NCBI GenBank assembly: GCA_002633005.1
Contig: NMRA01000272.1
Location: 124,001 to 188,000, forward strand
DNA length: 64,000 bases
Reading direction: 5' to 3'
Origin: Phoronis australis
Lineage: Eukaryota; Animalia; Phoronida
Part shown: positions 21,617 to 36,600 of the stretch, one piece after another
Layout: each line of letters opens with the position of its first letter
Position numbering within the stretch: position 1 is the stretch's first letter
Program-made: the position numbers and the translations under genes
The notes under the pieces: generated by a model
Told to the model about the DNA's origin: nothing
The model's database searches: none
What the model saw: the letters and a program-made list of their open reading frames with translations, nothing else

Positions 21617-24600
21617 GTAATTGTTACTTAATACCTTACACAAAACAAACACACGTTATGTAAATGCCTGAGTGTGAAGAGCCGTTTGTAGCAGTATATC
21701 TTTAGACCATCCATTAATGGCTCTGTGGTTGCATTCTTAAATCCTCCTCTATCCATTGGCCTCTGACAACACCACTGCTTGAAATGTGATTAGACTCGCT
21801 AAGATGGATCATCGGCTATTATTATATATGGTGTATGCCTCTGGCTCCAGAAATCAATGGAACCTGTTGCATTCACTTCAGGAAATGCTTCACTAAGCCG
21901 TAAGATCAATAAGGGATTCACCTTTCTCTTAGAAGTGTCAATGGACAAAGTGACCCAACCTCACTTGAAAGGTTCACCATTTCTGCATTCACTTATTTTC
22001 TGTGAAAGCTGCCTACAGAAAAATCTCACAAAATTTAAATAGAAATAATCAAAGGCGTCTAACGTTGTGAGAATGCCCACAGTTTCTCAAAAAAAAAAAA
22101 AAAAAAAAAAATGTGCAGTGTAGCTATGATATAGAACATTATATTTTGTTAGTTATCTTTAATGAAAGAAATAAAAATTTGCTGTCTGCCATATTGTGAC
22201 CTAAAGTGATGATATGTTTTTAATACCCATGTCTTCAGGTGTTATGTTTTAATTTCAATCTGTAATAAAGTTCTAATAAAAAGACATTAATTAAATGAAT
22301 GAATGCGTATCCAATGTAACCAGACAAATGTTGAAATGAAATTATAATTAAAATGCAATATTGGGTTTTTAATTCCAATTTTACATTGACATTTTTCTTG
22401 TTAGGTTTTTATTTGACCTGTAGAGAAGAAGGTTGATTGGTATGAGTGGAAATGTCAACTTTGACATCTGATTTCATTTTTGCTTAGACTCTTAACAACC
22501 CTTGCTGAATGGCTTTTGATATTTATGAATAACAGTTACCAAAACTCTGATCGGTTGATTTCTTGTTCATTTTGATTTTGAGAAAACTGTAGAAAACGCA
22601 TTCACTGTGGTTGCATGATTTTCAATGTTTAAAGACCATAATTGTGACGTAATAGCTAAATTTCAAGACATCTGTTCCTTTGGACATTTAGGAATATCTC
22701 AATCAAGTTTCACTGGGTTGAGTACATGCAGTCCTAATCACAATAGTCTTTCATTTCCTGTCCTTGTACCAATTTATGCTGCCTTCATTGTTCCCCATTG
22801 TGCTTAAAGCTCTCTGATTTTATGAATGAGACTCATTTTTGTGAACTAATAGTGTTAAGTAATTGCACCTATTTACCTGGTACTTGTTGAGATTTCCATT
22901 GTGTTATCATGCCAGGTGAGACTACAATCCTAACCATTATCTAGACCAGGGGTGTGAAAGGGCTGATTTCAAACCACTGCCATTGTTTATACAGTGGTTT
23001 TCAGCTGTTATGACTCAGTTTGACTGACAGCCATTTACTGTAGTTTCTGGTGCATGCCAATGTACAAGGGACACTCATTCTTCCCTGAACACCCCTAAGA
23101 ATTATATGACATGCAACAAGTATTTACCCATTATACTTAATGAGCATTAATTTTCCTGCAAGTATTCCAAAAATTAGGCATTCACACTGTAAAGCTTCAG
23201 CAAACAGTATATGCGAAATGTATTATTGACTTTATGTTGTCAAGTGAAGGAAATTCAGTGGGAACTGAAAACACATCACCTGTTGTGGCTATCTGTAATC
23301 CGCTCAGCAGGGGTCATGATTATTCCCCAACAACAGGTCATATTGGAAAGGATCCACTCAACTGACCAGTCAGAACTTGGGGTACAATAACATCTCACCA
23401 ATTTCGGACAAAAATTATTGCTAAAATTCCACTTTAGTCGTATAGCTTAGCATTTTTGTTATATCTGCAGAATTTTTTGAAATGTTGTCTCCTGATGAGG
23501 CTGATAGGTATGGTATTGAATTAAAAACGCTAAAGCGTTTCATAGTGCTGTGATAAAATATCATTAATTTTGGGCGCAATTTGATAGACAGCAGAAATTA
23601 ATTTTTTTCATTTCTATCTTAAAACATAAGACCAAATAACTATGTTCCATCTCCTGCAAGTTATCATAGCTACAGTACAATCAGACTACTTGTTTTGTAA
23701 TATTGTGGGCATTCATAACAATTTTGAAAAATGAAAAAATGGTCAATTTTAGCAATTGGTGAGATTTTACTGTGCATTGAGAATATGGATTTTTACTTTA
23801 TTTTTTTAACTGTGTCTACTCGTTTCGTGTCAGCTTTTTTAGTGTAAAAGCATCTCTAAATATGCGGGACTTTACTGTAGTCGAGTTTGAGAAGTCAGTA
23901 GTTAAGGTAATGAAACTTAAACATCATGAGTCATTCAAGAGGATCCGAAATGAATTAGTTCACTGTGTACCTGTATGTAGTTAAAGAAGTTCTGCTAATT
24001 TTGTACCATACTAATCACCCTTATGTGTGGTCACCTAGGGAACTCATTTGATAAGACCACACATGTGTCACTACTGTTGGTCAAACAGGTATTGGGGGTA
24101 ATGAATTCAGAAGGAACATTCTTTGCCTGTTTATAAGTGATCTTGCAGGGAGTGGGATGTGAGATTGATTTATTAATTTAGATACACTACATTACCTATG
24201 ACCATATGTAACCCATGGCTTTTGTTGATATCACTTGCCCAGGTGCACATTTCAGTTTATCTAGACGCTTAATATCTGTCTACTACGTAACTGTTAACCA
24301 ATTTGCTGAGAAAAACTACACCTTTGAAGATTTTCACGTGAAACTGTTTTATTTTGGCTACTTAAAACTGTTGACGAATAAATCACATAGTTAGTATTTG
24401 TGAAATTGGGGATTAGACAATCTCACAGAAGATGGCCATTTTGAAAAAAACTTGTTATTGTCTCATCAAGTCATGAAATATTTGTATTTTTACGTGTCAT
24501 TCCTTAACATTGAATGTAGTGGGGGTTGTATGAACCATCAACAGGCCAGCTCTGTCTTCAAGTATGCTGCCATAAATACTTTGGAGCTTTCTCTTGATAA

Positions 24601-27600
24601 AGTTGTGGCTTAAAATTTTTCGTTGACACCTGTTCAGCATGGACCATGTCAGCAAGTCAACAATAAACTAAAATTTTCTTGCCAATTATTTTTGTTAGAA
24701 AATTTATGAAAAAATACTATTTATACTTTTTATCATATTGCGTACCTCATTGAAGAATCTGCAATGTATTTTTGTAAACAAGCTCAGGGAGTACTCCTGT
24801 TTACAAATGAGCAGATGTGAAATATTTTTTCTTTTTTTACGTCTCTTTCTTCTGTTTCAGGGGATTGTGTGTTGGAAGATCAAGTGCATTCAGTAAGTAC
24901 CTCACATCTGTTACCACTACACTAATCTGGAATGGTTAACATTCAGTTGAAATACATGTTACAGAGCACATGTATCATGTACAAAATTCTGTCAGTTTTT
25001 TTCAAGGATGTTGTATGATGACGTCTTCACTCTGTGCAGCCATCTTGGATTTCAACATGATATGGTACAGAATTTGGATTTGACACAAAATCGAGTGGGA
25101 GGAGCAAAACAGGTGGAACTTAAGTTCTAATCAGGCCAACAGTGTCTCTGAGACTGGGATAGTTGAATATAACTAATTTGCATATGACCCGGAGTCAAGG
25201 GACACGCACAGACGACATTTAAAGAGGATTGTCTGTTGTGGATTTTTAAGTGGCGACATTTAATGGTGGATTTCTATAACTGGGAACTGCTATCTCTAAA
25301 GATCACATGAGCATTGTGTGGTTGTTTTATAATCCATGTATGTTGTACAAGTATTATAATGGTTGCAAATTCAAAATTTCTTTGAAAATCTTTGTTTGCC
25401 AAAGCCGTTAAGTACAACCGGCATCTGTGGGAACTACTGGCTGCTTCGTAGTGGGTGGAGAAGGAATTCTCATTTGGATTTTATGGAAGGAATCTTTAAA
25501 TATCACTGTACATAAACTGAATTTGCCCCATCAAAAGCCTAATGGGCAATAATAGCCACTGGAATCTTGTAATTATTCTCTTATTCTTTGTGCAAATTTA
25601 CTGTTATTTTGTCTGATCAGTGTTCTCTATCAAAATGTGATAGTCTACACCACCTCGTCATCTCCTATCTGTCTCAACTGCCAGTGTGTTGATTGTAAAG
25701 GTTAAGAGTTGGTTGATTTAAAATACTTATAATTTGACACAAACTATTTTAAGAGTGAATGATAATAGCAGGGTGTATTGGGATTGATAATGATGTTGAC
25801 ATAGGTAATGATAATGATATAATGAATGGTTTCAAAATCTTATGGTAGTGCATTTTGTAGTCAAACAAGTGAAGTCATTTCACTTTCACACTGAAATATT
25901 TGCCAGAATTGTAATTTTCCATTTTTCAAAGACTGATTACTTTACTGTAAATAATCAAAAAATTACCAGAAGTCGTGTTATGGCATCTACACAGTACAAA
26001 CGATGCTTCTAATGGACTAAAATTTTCTTAATCTTTATATCATGGAGAAATTTGACAAAATAGAGTTTCGCTCATCAGCCGAATTGTGGAGAATGACAAA
26101 CAAGTGAGGAATAACTGTAATTAGTAAAATGCTCAAAATTTCACTTAAAGCTTTGTGATTTATGGTAGCTTTTCAGTAGCCAGTTGACCATACGTACAAT
26201 GAAGTTGTTTTTCTCAATGATTATTTTTGTTGACAAATTTGACAAAATAGAATTTTACATGTCCACCTTACTTCAAACATTTGGTGATTAAAACTTTATT
26301 TGCAAAGAAAGAAACATTTTCCAATCTTTTACTGTTTTCAAGTTGTTCATTTTTTTCAAATTTCTTTCCCTTTATATTACCTTATGGTTACCTATGTGTA
26401 TTCTTTCTTAAACCCTGCAGTTCTTTCTGTCATCAATACTCCTAACTGGTTGGCCCCTTTTTCAAGTAAATATTGTTTACATTTTATGTCTATGGGTGCT
26501 TTGTGTTCAGCAGATTAGCTGTTAAATAACCATCTCTTTTATGGGTATATAGCAAGGTGCTCATTTTATTGGACATCCACTCGAAATAGGAAAATGCAGA
26601 CGAGGGTATTTGTAGGAAATGCTTGTGGCAAATATAAGCAAATACATAGAATGGTCCTTGAAAAATGAGACATTGTTTGACAGTATCTGGGAAATGAACT
26701 GTGGCATTTTATGAACTTGGTGTCCATCAGCTGTTAAGTGACATGGAAAGTCATGGTTTTTAATTAAGACTGAATGGAAAGCAATTTCATTGATGTTGAT
26801 ACTTAGTCCTTGTCACTGAGAAAGTTTGAAGCTTTCATGCTTTGATTTGTGTAGTATTGTTGACTAAAGAGATTCTTTGTAAGTTACAAGTCTCAACTTA
26901 TTTCAAATTGTATTTAATTTGCAAACAATGCTTCATAAGCAGTAAATCACTATTGCGTGTATTTTCCAAACAGATTAAGGTTTTCAAACACAACGTGTCT
27001 GAAACTGCATTCAAGTTTCTTGTGAACATGTTCTCATTTAATCCTTTGGGCTGTTAGTTTTACCACATTCCGCACATTTTGATTGTGGACACAGCTGAGA
27101 CGGTGCTTATTGTGGCTGAGGGTCTCTGCATAATTCTAGTTGTTCAAATATTATCTAGCACCACACTTCACCCAACCTAAGGACAAACATCAAATGGTGT
27201 GGACAAGCTGAGCTCTCCAATGTGTACTCATCTCAGTTGTCTATGTCTTCAGACCCTTTTAGACCAACTCAACTCCAGTATAAAAGGAGCGTTGATGTAA
27301 ACTGTGAAGATAGAGTAGTCTTAATCCTTCAGAGCAGCTTCAGTAGTTAATGCAACCTGATGTTATTGCTTTCTAATGCACAGGTAGTGAAAGGTAATGC
27401 AAGATATGACACTGCTGTGCAAACCTTATTCACACATAATTTTTGAAACATAAAGAATTGTACTGTATGTGTTCTTATACTAATTAAGTAGAGTGATTAT
27501 AATGGTAGAAGGGTGTCTGTTTGAATAAAATATACGGTAACCAAATAGTTACCCCGGGTATGCCATTGTTAATAGCAACATTTGCCGATATTACAATGAG

Positions 27601-30600
27601 ACCAAAGTTAACCTTTCATGTTGCTTCGAAGCGTCGATGTTCCTCATCGATACAAGATTGGAGTTCAGTCTTTCATGCAGAGCGACACTCCCCAAAACAT
27701 TGGTGGGCCAATGTGGATGTTAAAGCCCTGGAGGAGGCTGGAGGTACTCCTATGGAAGACATGTACAGGATGAACTGCTTAGTTGAATGACTTTTCATGA
27801 CCCGTTCCCCTTCCAAAATGTTGACTTTTCTGATTTGATTTTCTCCTTTGGGATAGTGAAACTCCAAAATAAAAGATTCCTTTTTCAACTACACAAATGG
27901 ACAAAAGTGTCTAATAAAATCGCTGTTTTAAGCTTTGGTTGCAAAATTGTGCCCATTTATGACTACATGGCATTTCTTGTTGTAGTGTAGTATTAAAAAT
28001 TCCTCTGTCTAAGAATCCCTACACAAGGATTACTAGTAAGTTAACGACTACAAAAATGTGGTGCTTCTGGTGTTTTTTTGTGGCAGATCCAAACAAGTGA
28101 GCACCTTTTTTGAGCCCAGTCTCTAAATGTATGTATGTTCTTCTAATTTTCCAGCTGCACCACCCAGTCAAAATGTAGTTGAATATACAGTCCAGGAACG
28201 TAAATTAGCATTCTTGATATCCCACGGTGTTTGAAGTAGTGACAAAGATCAAGGAAACATGGAAGGGGCTGGGTTTCTAATGAGCTACAGACGAATGCTA
28301 GTAGAACTTCTGACCAGCCATTTGATGACCTGCCCTAAAATTCTCTGGCAGATCTGCCTTCTTATGGTGATAAGGCTAAACTCCAAAGACATCACTTGTG
28401 GTCTAGTTTTGTTCACAAACATGGTGATCAAATGTGAGTGGCCAAACTAAGATCATTTTGCTCAGTACAATTATGTGTCAGGTACAGCAAAAGCTTTTAA
28501 GCATAGTTTACGTAAAATCAATCTATGAAACTTTGACTGATGGGACTAAGACAAGAGTTCTGGTGATCCGCCTTTTTGAACACTTGTCTTAAATGGTTGA
28601 TTCTTGCGTCCTCTGGTTGGTTGTAAGGTGACATTGCCCAGCTAGTCTTGCATTATTGCTTTTAAATCCTCAAATGACTGTGTCGTTATCCTGAACATGT
28701 AAATGAACTTATCCAGTAGAGGGCAGTTTAAGAAAAAGCATGTCAATCTAACAGACTTAACAAATCAGGAGAGAAGCACCTGTGGTCATTGTATAAAACA
28801 AATGTGGACCAATTCCTCTGACTTAAGGTACATGAACCTTAAGAGATTGCCATGGAAATTGGTCCATGTTTGTTTCAAATATCAATTGTAGGAATAAGGC
28901 TGTTCCGGATTACGCAGTGAGAGTCGAATCTCGCTGTATTTACCCACAGTTTCACAATATTCCTTAAGCACTTTTGTGGCCTCATTTTTGCGCCATTGGA
29001 GCTCCACATGTTATTTGTTGTCATATTCTTTATAAGTTCTTCTCACCTGCGTTACTCTATTCATCCTTCCAATGCCAACGAAGCGTTGCTGCTGTGTTGT
29101 GGATTACAACTTTGGTGGGGAAAAATATCCGTGGATACATCGTTTTAAGTTTGGTTTCTGACATACCCTGTGAAAATGTGCCTGATATTCCTAAAGGAGG
29201 CCAATAAAAACAATGCGCTTTCTTAGCCCTCCTTTCTAAACAAAGGAGAGTTCTATAGGTGATGCTATTGTGATATTTGTGAAAGTGTGAAATTAAGAGT
29301 TCATTGTGTATGTGCTCTCAGTGGTCCTTCTCTGTCTGGAAACTGAGTCTGGTGTGTTTATATTGTGCTCCTGCATGGATGCCCAACTTCATAGTCTGTG
29401 TTTAGTGAACTCTGTCTACCACTGTCAAGACTGTGAGACCATGAGAAGAGATTTCTTCTAACAACAGCATTGTGTTTGAGCTCAGACCAATTATTGAACT
29501 GGGGTTTGAGTAAGTACTGAGCTGGAATTATATGCAACTCAATAACCAAAAACATAAATTTCCCTGTGGAGGTTCTGGCTTTTTAAGGATACCACCTTTT
29601 TACCTTCTCAAATACCATTATGGTTTGCATTTAGGAAATGTCAATGTTATACATTGGATAAAGCCAGGTAAAACTGTCAAGCCATCTGGAAGTAGAGTGT
29701 CACCTCCTTTGTAACAATTCATGGTTACTCTGAAACATTTTTAGAAAATTTGTAATAATTTACATATAGTTCACAATTACTAGTAAAATTGAAAAACAAA
29801 TGTGCTTTTTATTTAGTGTTTTGCTATTTGTAAAGATTCATCAACTGTTGACAATTTTATTACGAAAATTTTGAACTATTTTGAAGTGAGAAATTAATGT
29901 TCATTATTGCTGAAGCAGGGTGTAATATAAATATATAAATTAAAGAAACTAAAACCAGATGCTAAATTGACAGGAGTACAGTACTAGGCATATCAAATAT
30001 AAGCTAAACGTGCAAATACAAAATACTCCTTGAAGACCATGCAACTCCTAACATTGCTGGAATGTGATATTCTAAATCATATATATCATAACAAATGCAG
30101 TCATGCGAATTCCTTCGTTTGATCACTATGAATGGCTAAGCATATACCTATATGAGTATCAACACATTCAACATTTCTGCCTCAGTAATCAAGCCTGGGA
30201 TTGTGAAAACTAGTCTCGCCAACAGTGGACAAGATCAAAAAATTGTTTCATTTTAATGACCTGTATTGACCACAAGGGGTATTCTCTGATGAATGCAGCT
30301 GTATGCTGCTGTTGGTTATAGGTCACTGGCTGGTTATCAGGTAGTTGGAACTGGTCAACCGAATTGACCTCACCTGTTGACATTTATACCTTTGTCCCCT
30401 GTCCTTTGCCCATTAATAATATGTAATAATTCTGTTTGGGAGTTGTTCTGCCCAAGACATATGTGTCCTGGAGGGGTAATTTTGCTGGATAATATTTGGT
30501 AATAATTTCCTAAGTGTAGCTATTACAGAACCCATAATGTGAATGATAAATTTTAAGTTTCAAATGTCAGTTTCGGTGTACTATTGATATCAACTGCCTG

Positions 30601-33600
30601 TGATAGTTCACCTGGTAACAGATATAGGTATCTGAATTAGGGATTTGGGTATCTCAAGTGGTGAATTTGGGAGAGTTCAAGATACTTTTATGACAGTTTG
30701 GTAAACAGTGTGAAAAAACACTTGAAAATTTTTCATGAATGGGTCAGCCATTGATAATACTTCAAGGGTTAAAGAAATAACATAAAATATGATAAGCCTA
30801 TCCTTTTTGAACTCTGATGGACTGTGTTTATTACGATTTATCATTGAATTGTATTTCATGTTACACAGAGGATTCTCATTTTTTTAAAAGTTAAAAAATC
30901 CTGTCTGGTTGTTTAGATTAGAAAAGGACAACAGTAAAAAGATTTCACTGTCAGGTGAAAATAATGCTAAAATTTACTGTAAAAGTGGTATGAAATTGAA
31001 AATTTTGTTAAATGTTCTTGTTGATAGCTGTGTCTATACACAATACTAAAATTAAAGTAAAAGTCTCTTTTATGTGGGGCCTTGTCAACAAGTCTGTACT
31101 TTCAACCAAATGTCTACAAAGTCATAGAATTTAACTAAAGAAAAGTTTATATTTTTCGGAAACATTAACCATGTAGAAATGAATTTTTGACTTAATAACA
31201 CTCTGCAGTTGATTGGGTCATGTGATCATGTCTTTTTAATAAAATTTAGTAAAATAGAAAGGCACATTCTTAGCAAAACAGTGATATCAATAATATTATC
31301 AAATTTTGTTTTATATAAATGTTTCACATGAAATCTCGTAAAAATGTTACAGTTATCATTTCATTTTCATTTTGTGCTACCTTTCATTTCATTCATAAAA
31401 GTACCGGCATTATTTGTAAATCCCCTTATACAAAAGTGGAGTTATTTAAAAACAATTCCTAAGGTCCTAAGGGTGTTTTGCAGAACAGTAAATAAAGCAA
31501 ACTGTCAATTCCACACGAATCCAATCAGCCATGTCTGAAATATGGTGTTCCAAAGGTAGCCAAATGTGGACATTTTTCTATCCTCCTAGATTTCTTTAAA
31601 GTTATGTTTGTGGAAAATTAGTGCACTTCTCTGCAGTGGTATGTCCCAAACTGGGTTTCCCTGGCACCCATGTAATGCCACTGAACTGTTCTGATTCCTT
31701 TCTACAGACGTCTCCTGGGCCCGGTCTCCAATCTTTTTACTCGAAATGAAACTCGAAATTAGGTTTGGCATTTTCTACTCTACTTTTGGGCGAACTCAAG
31801 ATAAGTGTCTATTATTCTATGCTAGAGTATACAATAACTTACGTAGATAATTTATTGCCCTTAGTTCACAGTTTGTAAACCCAATATTAGAGCAATAAGT
31901 TCGAGTTTGAACTCGAAATTTCGAATTTTTACTCGAGTTTGTACCACGAATATAAGGGTCTTCAAGGGCAAACTTGAATTAGAAACTCCTATGCATGAAC
32001 TATAATGTATTCGAGCACAGTCTGATAATCAATTATCTTAAATTCGCACAAAAGGAGCAGAGAAATTGCCAAAAATAGTTTCGAGTTCGTTTTGAGTACA
32101 AAGATTAGAGACCGGGCCCTGGTGTCTTTGATTTGGAGCACAGCGTTTTTCATTATCAGGACTTAATTCAACATACATTTCTACCCTTACCCAAGTGTTT
32201 AACGTGGCAATAAACTCGCCTTTGGCCGTGAAAAAATAAGTTTTGATTTAGACGACTTTCTGTGAGAAAATTGGTCTAAAATTGTTCTTACTCGCACGAG
32301 GAGGGATTCCCGGGCTGTGAAGGAACTGGCATTTTAGTAGTGCTTGAGAACATGCTAATCTCTTGAAATGACTCACAGTGACAAGCCCATCAACCCTGAT
32401 CTCAAGCAAAAACAAACTGTCAGTTCATCTCTCATATCCCAGTAAGGAACAGGTTGACGATGGTATCGTTGACCGGATGGCTGAATGTTACGCGTAAAGT
32501 GATTATTTGCGGGGCTTCTAACATGAATTAGGTTCCCACGTAATTTGTGCATAATGTTCACCTGCATAATTACTCTACGCCTCTAGCCGCAAGTAATTTC
32601 TTTACGCTTCTAACAAGAATTAACCTACGCCCACGTAATTTCGTAATTTATGTGCCTAACATTCACCCATTTGGCCAACAGTACAGGCTAGTTTGTGGTA
32701 TGTGGTTAATATCAAAAGTGTTTTTTGACAGAATATGGGTTTATAGAAATTTTAATATTTCATTAATTATGCTTTAATTTAACTCAGACAGCTGAATGCC
32801 CACTGGCACTTTAGTTTTCAGGAAATGGATTTTCTGTAAGCAGGAAATACTTGCAAATTTTTGTTATCATCTTTGTAAAAATTTCATTTTGTACAATGTT
32901 TCCCGCAAGAACTTGACAGAATTTGCACATAAACTCTAAAAATCTGTTTTTAGGTGCTAGACGTAATAAAATAGCAAAATGTGCTTGAGTTCAAACTTGC
33001 CTGATTGGTTTTTCAAACTCGTCAGCTGTGTTCCAAGCTAGTCTCTATGACATTCGCAATCGTTACCTCGTATGATGATTTACTGTTGATAGCATAATTC
33101 TCCTCCTTGTTAACACCCATGCTCTGTACTCGCCCTCCCCCAATTTACGATTCAGACTTCATTATAAGTGCCCAACTGCTCATGTCAGTGTATCCGGCGA
33201 TCCTCAGTTTACGATTGAGACTTCATTTCAGTGCCCGTGTTGGTTTGAACGCTGATTTAATCAAATTTGACTCCAAAAAATGCAGAATTTACTTAGTCAG
33301 TTTCAAGAGTGGAACCATGCCCCTTGGGCGGCAAAATACCCAATCCAACTGCTCTTTCCTGAAGGAGACAGGGAATTGTTCTTTTTGACTCGTGCTCATT
33401 CCAATATCGTCTTGCTCGTGTGCAAAAGGCAGTGAAAAGGTTTGTGCTCAGATGTTTGTGTGAGGAGTGCATGGCCAGCTATGTGTAAGGTTTGGATAGG
33501 AAAATTTAAAAATATGTTATGTCAAAACCTGGTTCATGTTACTGATGTTGTGTTTACAATCAGCCAGTACTTAAGTTTGAAATCAATGCAGTTCCCTGAT

Positions 33601-36600
33601 CAACTGTTTAGGTAAAGGCCTACTCTCAGACTCCTCACAAATTTTAAGCCTATATAAATGTCTATAGACACCGGCCTTGATTTTAGCTAATGTCTTGCAG
33701 AATGCTGAAAATTGTCAATTTGTAGTAAAATCACAAAAAACAACATATTTTGCTGTTGAATATCTCTGGTCAAAGCCAACAATTTCAAGAAGTCTATACC
33801 TCCAACAATAATCCTGATTTAGATTTTTCGGCCTCAAAGTGATAATGTCTCTCTGAGTGTGTTGGCTGTGTGTTTGACCATAACTTGTCACCCATAATAT
33901 CTTATGGAAAGGTCCCAATTCAACCAAATCTTTTTTGTTTATTTACACAAATTCTCATTGACAGATCAAAGTTGCACCTTAAAAGAAATCACAGTAGAAG
34001 TTAAAAAGTTCTCATATGGTCTATCTTTATCACTTTTGTGACAGCTCAAAGACACATGTGGCTAACCTACACCAACCCCTCTGCCTCCAAGCAGTTGGTG
34101 GTACTTAACCTCCTAATGTTCTATTGTTGCACACCCTTCTTTTCATCTAGCCTGAATCACTTGGGTGAGCTGTTATAGTAATGTGCCTGCGGCAATTTAG
34201 TCATCTATAATCACTTACGGAACACTAATCAGTGTCACCATAAGCAATGACCATGTAGTTTCGAGAAATATTTAGCTAATATGGTTTTGATTTATGAATT
34301 CTCTGCTGTAGAAAACTCATATGATCCTTTACAATGCCCCCTTCCTTTGATCATCCAGACACCTATGAATTCTCATACTCAGGATTCGACTCAACTTTTT
34401 TGCAGTGGTAGAAAAACGTATTGTATGACTGACTTAGTGTTTGAAAGGAAGTACCATGAACACACTACTGAATTGGATTCCTGAAGAATGGAGTTAATGC
34501 CTCACTTTGCTTTTCACATTTTTTATGTCTGTATTGCGATCAGCTATAGAACTTTAAAACTTTAGTGGCATTGAAGTGATATATAGCATACTTATACTAA
34601 TGGATGTTAGTGATTAGCAGGGATCAGGGCACATCTATGGACCAATTGTACTGTGTATGTGCAGGTTTGGAAAAGGTACTGTGGTATTCTGTGAAGCTTT
34701 TATTCGGATTTTAATATTTCAGTCTCTTGGCTATTATTGACCTCTTCAGTTTATCTGTATCATAAATGCAGTAGTAGTTGTTGACATGCCAAAATTCCAT
34801 TATTTCTCAGTTCAGTTTGCTTTATCTCATAAGAATCAATACATAACAAATGACTGAATCACATAGTATGACAGTCTACCGGGGATTTCTGATTAAGTGC
34901 TCATCACCAGAAAGTGCCCGTGGGTTTTTTCCGGAAATGACGGAAAATGGCCCCCATGGAACAAAAAGCTACTGGTGATTCTTGGAATGCGTTTCCCCAA
35001 AGATGTGATCATTGTGATCGTGGAAAGGGTTGTTTTGTGCAAAAGTTGGCCATTTTAGATTGACTAGTGACTCTTAATTGCGGTTATATTTTTGTCGTAT
35101 CCAGTGGAAATTGACCTATTATCTTTGCACTTGTATCAAGTTTTACAGCCACAGCAAAACTACTATCAAAATATTATTTGGTTCAATTTCAGAATGTAGA
35201 GTTTGTTTAACACACGGAATTCTTGTTCTGGGAAAGCTTGGTCTGTCAAATCATACTGACAATCAAATATTTTCAACAGAAATTGTTCTGTTCAATGAAT
35301 GTCAAGTGTTGACATAAAATGGGCAAACTTAACATAGCTACCCTCTACATGGTAATCAAATAGCACATAGTCGTCGCTGTGTCATTTGGTCATTTCCGAG
35401 ATATCAGGATGCATCAACAGAATAGCATAATCAAGTTTCCGAAAAAGTGACTTGCTGACTTTGTCGAAAATCCCTGCTACATTTGTTATTGTTATGCAAA
35501 ATTGTAAGGTAAAGTATAGTGTAGTGCTATTGGGAACTGCTGTTTATGGTGGTTTTTATGTATTTAATTTTCTACTTCCAGAACAACAGTGTGTGGCGTG
35601 ATCACCCCTGTAGGGTATGTTCCTGCCAGAATGCTGTTTCTGTCTGTGACCCAGTTGTCTGTCAGGATCCTGGCTGTAGCACAAGGAGGGTAAGTGCTAC
35701 TGTGTAAGACAACATGATCGCCCCCTGTTGGTTGTCTTCCTTAATTCCATCTGTCTGAGAAATGATCTAGTAGTTGAAAACTGAAACCTCAATGCCAATT
35801 GTGTGTAATGTAAACCAAACAGAGCTCAGTTGACTGCACATTCCATGCGATTAGGAAGAGGTCATTCATAAGTTGTTGAGGTGATGTGCTCCATTAAGTC
35901 CAAGAGATAACACAGCCCACATACAGTCTCAAACAATGAAGCCACCCTGCTTGTTACAAGGATACATTATATTTTCATTGATGTACTAAGCATTATTTCA
36001 GAAATAAAACATTGAAAATGAAAAAAAAAGTTTATAGACTTTTTGTTTTTTGTTTTCCTATAAGCATACTAGACCATTTCTTGATTATTGATTTTTGTTT
36101 TAAATTCAAACTCTTGTTGATACAAATGGCTGATGTTTTGTTAAACTGTGAATTTTATCACCAAACTCAAAAAATTCAATGAGTTCTCATTCTTTAACTA
36201 CTGCAATGTTCTGTTTGTTTTGCAACTTGTGTTACATTTCAGAGTTTTTTGTTAGATTTATTCATTTTGTTTTCCATTTAAAAAATTGATATTTGGTTTC
36301 CACAATGCTGTTAGGAATTTTTGATTACTTGTTAACTTAGAATAAAAAACAAGGATAACAAATTGTAATTCTAATCTTCTATGTTTCAGCCAGTTCTGTC
36401 TACAATGTGTTGTGCAGGATCTATATGTCCAGTTATCTATGTGCACTGTCTGTATGAGTTACTATATAACTATATATAAAGATCTACATGCCCAGTTATC
36501 TATGTGCACTGTGTGTATGAGTTACTATATAACTATATATAAGGATCTACTTGCCCAGTTATATATGTGCACTGTGTGTATGAGTTACTATATAACTATA

